NCBI GenBank assembly: GCA_030704615.1
Contig: CM060733.1
Location: 75,392,001-75,456,000 of the forward strand
Direction: 5' to 3'
Origin: Takakia lepidozioides
Lineage: Eukaryota > Plantae > Bryophyta
DNA length: 64,000 bases
The notes under the pieces are model-generated. The model did no database searches and was not told the DNA's origin. It was given only the letters and a program-made list of their open reading frames with translations. Numbering within the stretch: the first letter of the stretch is position 1; every line of letters begins with the position of its first letter. This document shows, piece by piece, positions 1 through 10,400 of this stretch. The position numbers and the translations under genes are program-made.

Positions 1-283
1 TTTGAATTATATAGTGCCTCCTTCATGTGGTGAAGCAATGTATGTATTCCCCTTGTGTGTATAATGTGTACTTTGGGTTTTACCCCGTATGATAATGAAC
101 AGCACCATGTATGGAAACTGATAATGACATGGTTGTTTTTGGCATCTTAGGATGTCGGCCACAACCCCACGACGTTAATTCACGAAGTTCATGATCTTGT
201 CATGAACCGGGATTTTGTTCCTTCGGAGGGGGGTGCGTGTCAAAGGGACCCAACCCCGTCTGACATGGCGGCCTCCGATGATG
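1..283 (+). mobile_element. Fragment (copy 3) of the ParB-MTase/SWIM element: intron and exon of the SWIM gene
   Basis: Near-identical to 28986-29269 (tttgaattatatagtg...ctccgatgatga). Homology stops abruptly at ~283. Confidence 0.85.
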
Positions 284-397
284 AATACTGCAGGAGGGAC
301 GTCTATACCGCAGTTCATGGGCAGGAGGAACGTGTCTTTTTTTGCCAGGGGGCTTGCGTGTTTACAAGGGCAGCACGAACTCCCTGTCTTCTTCCTC

Positions 398-572
398 GAC
401 AACCAAGTTGTAGCCCAGTGGTTATGGGCACATACCACCTCGGAAGTGGTTGTGGGTTCAATCCACCCTTGGTGTCACAAAGGTGTCCACCTTCCTAGCA
501 GAAGGCAGTAGCCCTTCGGGGTGAAGTGACTCCATAAGTTACGCTTCTTTCGGGAGGCGTCATACTTTTTTT
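398..572 (+). mobile_element. tRNA-derived SINE, copy 1, oligo-T tail
   Basis: A-box-like TAGCCCAGTGG and B-box-like GGTTCAATCC, T-run at the 3' end, 11-bp TSD TCTTCTTCCTC (387-397 and 573-583). Colinear with 56472-56651 on the minus strand. Confidence 0.85.
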
Positions 573-1379
573 TCTTCTTCCTCAATGTGTTCTATGAAGA
601 CGACATTCCCCTGCTCGAAAATAGAAAGGAAGCTGAAGAGTCGGGCACTGCAGAGGAGAATTTGGATCGCCGAACACACTCCAAAACCCGGAAAGGGATG
701 AGAAGCCTACCTACGCGGACTATAACGTATGGCTACAAAATGTCGCAAGTGCGGCAACGCCACGTATCCGGCTGCACGACGTACCCGAACTATCTACCAC
801 GTGGCCCGGAAAATCTTGAAATTGCACTAACGGATGAAACATACAATCCCTCATCCATGGAATCACGACAACCATCGTACTTTGATCCGGATGAGACATG
901 TACGTCGAATGCCGCTTCATGAACGCCATCCATACCTACTTGAGCAATAACGGATGCTACCAGATTACGAAACTTGCGTCATCGCCACGTGCCCGACTGC
1001 AAGTGTATTTTGTCATTTCCGCCACGTGGCCAGGACTAGATTACGCAACTACAGTTAAGGATGAGAAATGGAGGACAAATGGATGCTAGGGTTTATCGCG
1101 CGTCATCCGCAATACTTTCATATTTCAATTTCCGTCCCCCATTTCTAGGTCGAATCGAGGTTAGGGTTTGAAAATGTCATCCATATTGGCGGCATCAACT
1201 CGTCCATACTACATTCATCCATATGATAGGTGTATTGCGCACATTCAGCCAAACACAATATCGTGACTAATCTCCTTTGCGAGCTCGTGGAAGATTGGGA
1301 AGGAGCCACAAATATGCTTCAGATAGCGCGTGTTGGATGTGAATGATCGCGCGATATCCTTCAACTCTGCAAATGCCTG

Positions 1380-2080
1380 TCGGAAGCATTGGTCGGCGCC
1401 GACCATACACTCCTACAACATTTAAGGTGAACTGTTCTTGGTGTTGAACTCTCTGGATACCATCGAATTTGAAGAATTCCGTAAGGTCGGGGCCGACTTC
1501 GATTTGTTTGAGTGCCTTCATGGCTCGAAATCTTGCATAAGATACACGAACTATCTTGGTTGGCGCCGACTATACCCTCACAATGCGGGAAATGCATCAA
1601 AGGCCCAACCGGATATCGACGAATATTCCATCTCGAAGGTGTACATTTCCGGGAAATTGAAGGTCGGTGCTAACTACCAGCAGAATAAACGCTCAAAACA
1701 AGGTGTTTTGGGACTGTTTGTGCATAGATAAGGAAGTCGGCAGTGACTACAGTGCATCTTTCGAAAGAGGTTGCCGTTATAACCAATAGTCGCTGCCGAC
1801 TTTCCCGTTTGTGAACCAATTTTCAAAAAACAACTTCATAAAATGAAGATCCGCAGCGAACACAGGCCGATCGGTCAGCCGATTTCAACATTGAGTGTAA
1901 TAGTCGCCAACGACTATCCCGATGTGTCTAGAAATTGAATCGGTATCAGGCAGACCCGACGTCGGAATTGATTAAAATTTGAACAAGAACAAGTCAGTAC
2001 CGACTACAAAACAAAAGTCTCCCCCTCCTATTTGACTATGTACATGCCATTCAGATAGTCGTGGTCGGCAACGACAATAA
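1380..2080. repeat. Dispersed palindrome family GTCGG-NN-CCGAC (about 9-10 degenerate copies)
   Basis: gtcggcgccgac 1392, gtcggggccgac 1486, gttggcgccgac 1559, gtcggtgctaac 1663, gtcggcagtgac 1736, gtcgctgccgac 1789, tagtcgccaacgacta 1901, gtcagtaccgac 1993, gtcggcaacgac ~2064. Confidence 0.7.
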
Positions 2081-2965
2081 GCCATTCCAGTTTTGCTGAA
2101 TTTGTTTGTAGCACTCATTGCCAGCAGAATGTGCCTCAATCACTTGGTGCGGTGAGAGTTCCCATCCGACCTCGGACGGATGAAATATTCCATTTGCATT
2201 TATTTTTTACCATTGGTGACGTACAGTTCATTAGTCCGTCCCAAAGATGCGTTGCATGCTTGCGCCTGTTCTCCTCACCTGCCTCTGTGCTCACACGCTA
2301 GGCACATTTGGCAGAGTACCCCAGCTTGTACATTTCGAGTCCAGGAGTGTGGCACAGCTTCGAGGCAGTCGAACATGGACTGGTTCGTGAGGCTGCACTG
2401 TCCACCTGACACCGATCTTGTTAAGGTGAAGGCACAGGGAGACCATGTGTTTCTTCTTGACAAAGTAATATTTGGAAGGTTTAATGTGGACCCTCTCTTC
2501 TTTTTGTTGAGGAGGAGGAGATGAGTGAAGGGGGCGTCACCAAAACCCGCATCTTGGATCCAGTTCGAGACCCCGAGAACAAGTCATGGGTTTTGCCATT
2601 TACAGGTGAGGACGTATACAAAGTATTTGGTGTCCGTGCAACAATGGACAGGCTGTCCACCACTCGTGAGCATCCTACACTTGCTTCTGTCAGGGGTGCC
2701 CCTGTCGTCAAAATAGAGAGCATCAAGCTTTCTAGTGGCGAGAGTGAGGATTGTGTGGTTTTGAAATCCAATAGTGGAAGGCGGGAGAGCACTTTGGGAA
2801 AATCCGCATCAACCAAAGTGGGTCCCAAACGGCCATAATCTCTTCGTCAACCATTTTCTCTAATCCCTGGATGTTTGTCACTGAAACGTAAAAGACTGCC
2901 AAGCCCTTTCAAGTACCCGTGGATAAAATCACCCTGTAGCTTCTTGATATCGTGATGTAGGGCTG

Positions 2966-3948
2966 TGTTGAGCGGCTTTTACTCACCCATCCCTTCGCTA
3001 CCCGAGGTGGAAACTCCAAGATATAAGAGTTGGATATCTCTAAACACTCAGCCCGCTCAGAACAATCAGTCATGACCTACAACTAGTGTATCATGGAAGT
3101 GCTTCTTGTTTGTATTCTTTCTTGCCTTCATGTCAGCGAATTACCTTACTGTTTATATTTAAGCACTGGATTGCTTTAGCAATCCACCATGTTCCAATCA
3201 CTCATCTCTTCATTCCACAGCTTCACTCAGGTCTCTCTACACAGTGTGAGTATGGAATATGTATCAGATTATGATCTATCAGTTAACAGGCCGAAGCCAT
3301 GGTGTCCCTACTCCACTCTACAGTATAACTCTACAGCTTGCATGAATCAAGCATCAACAGTTCGTGACTCCTCCTTCACTGCGCTCTCCATTCCTCAGCT
3401 CCAGATCGTCCTTCCCTTCCCGATGGCCAAGTCATGATCCAAGAAGTGCCCTCCCTCCATTGCTACTCTGCATTTTCTACCTGCAAGCTGTTCTACCTGC
3501 CTAACTAACTAATTGTCATCCAGATAGAATACACGTTCCCGCTGCCGATGTCGTTCCCACATAGTCGTTCCCTGCCATGGTAACCATTCCTTGTGAATGC
3601 TGTGACGGGCTGTGCTCAACTGTGCCCAACTGTGTCGGCTGTGACTGGCTGTGTCGGACTGGGCCGGGCTGTGACTGGCTGTATTGAGCTGTGTAAAGCT
3701 GTGTCGGGCTGTGGCTAACTGTGTCGGGCTGTGATAGACTGTGATAGGCTGTTGTGCAACTGTGTCAAACTGTGACTAGTTGTGTCAAGCTGTGTCTGAT
3801 TGTATAAGACTATGACTGACTGTGTAAGCCCGTCTACCACCCCTAAGGTTTGTGTTGGTCTAAGTCTACCATCCGTAAGTCTGCGCAAAAACTAAGGGTA
3901 CCGCACAGAACCCGTAAAACTGTCTAAGTCCCAGACAGCCCTCTAACA
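2966..3948 (-). mobile_element. Ty3/gypsy 3' LTR (element A), 983 bp
   Basis: Minus strand reads TGTTAGAGGG...CCGCTCAACA. Same length as and colinear with 24260-25242. Preceded on the minus strand by a PPT. Contains a ~10-bp ctgtg-N5 minisatellite at ~3600-3830. Confidence 0.9.
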
Positions 3949-3950
3949 TT

Positions 3951-3965
3951 ACCCCTCCCCCTCTC
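3951..3965 (-). promoter_or_regulatory. Polypurine tract of element A
   Basis: GAGAGGGGGAGGGGT immediately before the LTR start on the minus strand. Confidence 0.85.
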
Positions 3966-3989
3966 AAAAAGCCGTGTCCTCATGATTTA

Positions 3990-5037
3990 CTATTTAGGAT
4001 CAGCAAACCTTTGTGAACGAGCACCCTTTTGTCGGTGAGAGTCCCGTGGAGGGCTCTGTGTGCGAGCCCGAGCCCTGTCACTGGCTGGTGGAGATGACTG
4101 GTCACCAAATGGAAATGTCTGACCTTCCCGTGGTTGATAATGAGGTAACTTCTCTAGCATAGGAGATCCCCGTCGTTTCTTCTCTGCCATCTGTAGTGCA
4201 TATCCCTCCGCCATGTCAAAAGATTCATCCATAGAACCAGTTGTATCCGAATCATCGTCCCCCCTGTTACCTTTCAGTGCTCTGATCTTATGGGGCTTCT
4301 CGGGAATCCTGCGTGGCACACAGTGTTTGCCCACCATGTCTGGAAGCTTAAACTTTAGAACTTGCATCAATCTCTTGCGAGTGAAATTAGTATAATCCCG
4401 GAGCTCCTTGTCTTTCTTTTGTAATTCAGGTCTTAATCCACTCACAAACCAGGTCTTCTGTAACCCCGGTGCTGGCACAACAACCAGTTTTTTCATCATC
4501 AACTCCATCTTTTCCATGTACTCTTCAACAGTTTCATGCTTCTTTTGCTTTAACTGTTGTAAACTCCCATACACTTCATCCTCAGTTTTGCTTGTCCTGA
4601 ACCTGTTTTGGAATGCTGTACTAAGGCCATTCCAGGTTAGGAAATGATTATTAGGGAATCTTGCATACCATTCACTTGCTTTCTTGATAAGTGAACAAGG
4701 AAACAGTCTCATCTTGGCATCATCGCCAATCTCATTGTTCACAATACACATGTGCTCAAATTGGCTGATGTGTACATCGGGATCCCCTTTCCCTGCATAT
4801 ATTGGAAAAGGTGGTTTTGCCCGTGTTGGAGGTACCGCCATTTGTGGCCCTACACCCTGCCCACTGACAGGTGCTGGTCCTTGAGGACCTACTGTTGTAG
4901 TGGTGGAATTCCCACCAGGTGTTGGCCCCTGAGCACTCCCTGCTACTGGCCCCTCTGTACTTACAGTATTCCCAACTCCAGTTGCACTACTTCCCACACT
5001 CCCTGTCCCCCCAGAGCCAGATCCAAACTGCCCGCCT
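3990..5037 (-). pseudogene. Gag N-terminal/capsid region fused in frame to the element's 3'-terminal ORF (internally deleted gypsy)
   Basis: ORF 3990-4997: PPTRAKPPFPIYAGKGDPDVHISQFEHMC...LRPELQKK matches gag at 22153-22824. The remainder (KLPDMVG...SQRFADPK) matches 6057-6407. Confidence 0.85.
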
Positions 5038-5949
5038 TATTGGCTCATCCCTAAGGAGAGACCACACATCAATTGTTTTCTCCTGATGTACCTTCCGCAG
5101 TTAAGACCTTTTTTTTATTGCATCACTCTGCGTTATCATTCTGGCTCGCAAATGAGCCATTTCTTTGGCATGTCCATAAGACACAACTTTGGAGGCTGGA
5201 TATGGCAATGCAAAGTTTTCAAGTGCGCAGCGTGGCTTTTCATCACAATCCAGCCTATGGAGATTTGGCGAAAACCTTCATTAGTGCAATGACATTACAA
5301 GACATTTAGGGTATAATAATCTCGTGGGCCCTTGATCCAAACGTCAGTTCCATTCTCTTACTTATTTTTTTTTGATTAATTTGTTTCTATCGACGATGGT
5401 GCATACATTGTTTCAGCAAATTTTTGGATCTTAGGGTCGCTAATATATAGTAGAGACAACACATTGCAGATGGATTTTGGGCTACATGACAATAGAAATC
5501 AAGGACAGTGCATTTTATTATCACAACATTGTGTTTCCCGGACATAGAATAGTGGTAAATTATCATACTCCAGCTACATGACAATGCAATTAATAAAAAA
5601 GGACTAAAATATAGAGACTCATCTACATATACTTTCATAATTTTAAATCTCATTACCAAAAACCGGAATCTCTAGATATTATGGACTTTTAAAAAGTCCC
5701 TAAGAAATTGTCACAATCCATAAAAAAGGACGTTATGGATTTTTTTAAATATAGGATACAAAACAAAATTAAGAAAATGGACTCTCCCTCTTTTGCTTTG
5801 AAGAATGAGGAATCTGGAATGAAAACAATCATTCAAAAATGTGAAGTTAAAAAAAATTATGTATTATTTTGAGCCTAAAAAATAACTATTTTCACAAAGT
5901 CCTTTACGAATATATAAGGGACATGAAGCCTGGAAATACTTACATTGTT

Positions 5950-7413
5950 CCAAAGTCATTGGCACACCTCTCACCTATACGGCCAAAGAGTTCAGGGAGT
6001 TCACTCATTTTGCTTGCAAGCAATTAAAGCAAGTAGTATAGTTTAAGCTTCCAGACATGGTGGGCCAACACTATATGCCACGCAGGATTCCGGAGGAGCC
6101 ACTTAAAGCTCGGCCACCGAAGCACCTTAGGGGGGAAGATGATTCTGATACTACTAGTTCTACGGAGGAACGTTTTGACATGGCAGAGGACTATGCACTA
6201 CAGATGGCAGAGAAGAAACGACGGGGATCTCCTATGCCTGAGAGGTTACCTCGTCATCAACCACAGGAGGGTCAGACATTTTCATTTGGTGCTCAATCGC
6301 CTCCATTAGCCAGTGACAGGGCTCGAGCTCGCACACAGAGCCCTTCAAGAGACTCTCACCGACAAAAGGGTGCTCGCTCACAAAGGTTTGTTGATCCTAA
6401 ACAGTAAACCGTGAGGACACGGCTTTTTGAGAGGGGGAGGGGTAATGTTAGAGGGCTGTCTGGGACTTAAGACACTTTTATGGGTTCTGTGGGGTACCCT
6501 TAATTTTTGCGCAGACTTACGGATGGTAGACTTAGACCAACAGAGGCCTTAGGGGTGGTAGACAGGCACATGCTTTAGGGGTGGTAGACAGGCTTACACA
6601 CTCAGTCACAGTCTTACACAGTCGTACACAACCTATCATAGTCTATCACAGCCATACACAGCCTTACACAGCCCGACACAGCCCGACACAGCCAATCACA
6701 GCCTATCACAGTTAGTCACAGTCTATCACAACCCGACACAGCTTCGCACAATTTCACACAGCTAGTCACAGCCCGACACAGTCACAGCCCACACAGTTTG
6801 GCACAGCCCGTCACAGCGTACATAGAAAACGGTTATCATTAGCAGGGAACGATTGTGTGGGAACGACATCTGCAGAGGGAACGTGTTTACTTCTTAGGTG
6901 ACAGTTAGTTAGTTAGGCGGTTAGAACAGCTTGTAGATAAAATAGGCAGAGCAAGCATCATGGGGGACACTTCACATGAAGCACTTCTTGGTCATACACG
7001 GGAGGAGATGGGGCGGAGAGCAGGAACGGGAGCAAGGATGGAGAGCACGGTGAAGGAGGAGAGATGATCAGTAGATGTTCGTTACACGCAAAGTTGTAGT
7101 GATATTGTAGAGCAAATTAGAGACACCATGGCTTCGGCCTGATACCTGATAAATCTTAATCTGATACTTATTCGATACAATCACACTGTGTAGAGAGACT
7201 TGAGTGAAGCTATGGAATGAATGGATGAGTGAATGGAACCTAATAGATACTGAAGCAATCTGATGCTTCAGTATACACAGTAAGGTAATTTGCTAATATG
7301 AAGGCAAGAAGAAATACAAATAGGAAGCACAACCATGATTCACTAGCTGTAGGTCATGACTGATTGTTCTGAGCGGGCTTGAGTGCTTAGAGATATCCAA
7401 CTCTTCTATCTTG
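5950..7413 (+). mobile_element. Ty3/gypsy 3' end (element B): terminal ORF remnant, PPT 6429-6442, 3' LTR 6446-7413 lacking its last ~60 bp
   Basis: GAGAGGGGGAGGGGTAA then TGTTAGAGGG at 6446. Reverse complement of the element A LTR. Homology ends at ...ctcttctatcttg (7413). Confidence 0.85.
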
Positions 7414-10400
7414 TCCTGAGGGTTTGGATGAAAGCAGGGCTCCGGGTCCGGCTGTACCGCCACGGTTTGCCTGTCTTTGTGTCCTTCGGCATACTGGAGT
7501 GGGGCACATAGTTGTAGAGGACATTGTAGGTAACAGGTTCCACAGCGGCATCAACAAGACGACCGTCGTTGCGGAATTTGAATGTAGACCCTCTCTTCAC
7601 AAAACAATATGCCTCAAACACCAATGTCTGCACATCCAACAGAAGAGGGATCAACTCCAGGGTCTAGTTTAGATACACCACGATATGAAGTGAATGCAAT
7701 AGATTGATAACTTACACTCTGGCCCTCTGTTTGCAACCCCTGCGTATTGATGCAGAACCATTTTTTGAGGAGGACCGGGGTGACACTTTTTGGTGTCCAC
7801 CTTGCCACAACATTCTCTGTGGTCTTCCCTCTTGTGGCAAGGACCACCATACATCCACCGTCATCCAGGAGCATCCCCGCCAGCCCAAACCCAGCTCTCT
7901 AGTAGTACTCAGTAAACCTGTTCCAGGTGGGCACACCATCCAGGCCCTCCAGCAGCTCCCCATCTGGAATATCGAGGAGAATCATATCGCAGGCTCTCTC
8001 CACCTCAAACCCCCCCCCCCCCCCCCGAGTGCTCTTGCAATCCGGGCTCATAGCCGTGAAGAATTCCATCATGGCTTCCAAACCAGGGGTGTCTTTAGGC
8101 TCTGTAGCGGCAGCCCTCTTCTTGGCTTTCCCCTTCAGCTCCTCCAGAGACTTGCTGTGTGCCACCTTCTTCGCCCTGGTAGCCAGAGCGTCAAGGAAGC
8201 TCTCATTGACGCATTGGATGATGGTTGGGGGTTCTAGCTTTGGCCTCTGCGGAAACGTCACCGCCGAATACTGCCGTGTAGGCTCGCCCTCAAATGCCAA
8301 CTTCTTTGCAGAGCCAGTCCCAGTCCGATCTGACTTGGGAACCCGGATGACTGGTGACTTGGTAGCAGCAGCAGCAGTCGCAGGACCTTGCACAAAGTCG
8401 TCGTCGGAGTCACTCCCTTGGGGCCCCTCCTGCGCCTCCTCTGGTGCCCCGGTGGTTTTCTATTTTTGGGGGGTTACTGTACTCCCCTGTTTCCATGTCC
8501 TTTTCTTTTGTCCTTTATTCTTTTCATTCAATTTCTCCTGAATACCTGCCTGAGCAAGCTCTGCCGCTTTCCTGGACTTGGCAAGCGCTTTCGCCTCCTT
8601 TGGACCCAGCGAAGGCAGCAGAGCCCGGTTTCGTCAGGCCTCCGCATCCAGCTTCAATTGAAACTCGGATGAGCCAAGCGAGCCGAGCGGAAGGTCCACA
8701 TACCAAGGGCAGTCGCGCAAATGCTCCAGATGCCACTCCTTCACTATAACGTCAGTGTACATGGAGTTAGCTCTAGGGTTCCTCCATGCGAGGAAGAATG
8801 GCGGCTCGAAGGACAGATGAACTTTCTCCAACAGGGAGAACTTGCAGTACCTGCATTCAAGAAACACACACAGAATGAGGTCCCGGGAACGAGGTAAATT
8901 TTAGGGAATGAAACTGCAAAATAGACGCCAAATTTCTATGCGGGGTGGGCCCGATGGTCCCGACTCTCCGGGGTGTCCTGCAATGAAAGTGGAAATTCGG
9001 CGCCATTTTTCCCGTGGGCGAGGGGGCCGGACAGCCGTTTTGAGGCCCACTCTAGAAAAATGGCGCCAAATTTCCACTTTCTGGCTAGGGTGGCTGGCAC
9101 CAGAACTGGAAATTCAGCGCCATTTTTCCATGTTGGGGCCCAGCCCTTTCTGCCACTTTTGGACCCAGCCTGGAAAAATGGCGCCGAATTTCCAGTACCG
9201 GGCCCCGAAAATGTCTAAGTCCTGGGGGTGGCTGGCACCCATTCTGGAAATTCGGCACCATTTTTCCAGTTCCGGGTTCAGTCAGTTCTGGGACTTAGAC
9301 ATTTTTGGGGCCCGGTACTGGAAATTCGGCGCCATTTTTCCAGGTTGGGTCCGAAAGTGGCACGGCTTGGGAAAAATGGCGCTGAATTTCCAGTACCGGG
9401 CCCCGAAAATGGCTAAGTCCCAGGGGTTTCTGGCACACATTCTGGAAATTCGGTGCCATTTTTCCAGTTCCGGGCAAAGTCATTTCCAGAATGTGTGCCA
9501 TCCGCCCTAGGGACTTAGCCATTTTTGGCGCCCGGTACTCGAAATTCGGCGCCATTTTTCCGGGCTGTGTCCGGAAATGGCTAAGTCCCAGAAATGACTG
9601 GGCCCGGAACTGGAAAAATGGCGCCGAATTTCCAGAATGTGTGCCATCCACCCCAAGGACTTAGCCATTTTCAAGGCCCTGTACTGGAAATTCGGCGCCA
9701 TTTTCCCAGGTTGTGTCCGAAAATGGCTAAGTCCCAGAACTGACTGGGCCCGAAACTGGAAAAATGGCGCCAAATTTCCAGACTAAGTGCCAGCCACCCC
9801 CGGGACAGCCATCCCCCCAAGACCCGAATCAGGAAATTCGGCGCCATTTTTCCAGGGACTTCTTCATAACTAATTTTCATGCGCCACATAAGGCATCTTA
9901 CATCCTGGAAATGTAGGGACTACAAAGAAAGGCACCGCGTATCTACCTGTACAGAAGGTGCATTGCCGCTTTGTCCGCGTTCGGCTGGTCGGTGAACTCG
10001 TGGCTCCGGCGGGCATGGGGTATCTCTCGAAAGAATAGGTCAGTTTTGTAGAGCAGAAAGTACCTCGTCACATAGTCGCGTAGGCTCTCTTCTTCACCAG
10101 AAATCTCCAGCTTGAACTGATGTGCTTGTGTGTCAAGCTGCTCTTGCACATTCGTCGTCACCTGTGGAAATTCTCCATCAGACCGCTTTCCTCAAAAAAT
10201 ACAATAAATCCACCCGATACAAGCGTAGAAGCGCCAAATGAAGCGTGGGAAAGTACCTGAAACCACCATGTCATGCGGTTCATCCACATGTCGAATGTGG
10301 GGTCAGACAATTTGTCAGGTTTGGGGAAGCTCCACATGTCCCTTGTACTTTGGGAACCATTCCAGATTTGGAGCCACCGGGTCTGTCCAACCACCCAACA

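Noticed and set aside
398-480. Functional tRNA gene
   Set aside because: It has A/B boxes but no convincing cloverleaf. An unrelated 3' body, T tail and TSD indicate a SINE.
2100-2965. Possible transposase remnant
   Set aside because: It looks like decayed coding sequence, but I found no diagnostic motif in any frame.
5040-5950. Short ORFs and an AT-rich stretch between gypsy pieces
   Set aside because: No recognisable domain, termini or TSD.
7704-8541. Long plus-strand ORFs (7704-8237, 7927-8541)
   Set aside because: Antisense shadows of the GC-rich minus-strand MTase-region exon.
8908-9889. ORFs with repeated EIRRHF / GNSAPFF / KMAPNF peptides (also 13241-14316 and 26068-27860)
   Set aside because: They are translations of the palindrome arrays, open on both strands and in several frames. 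The first set lies in an intron.
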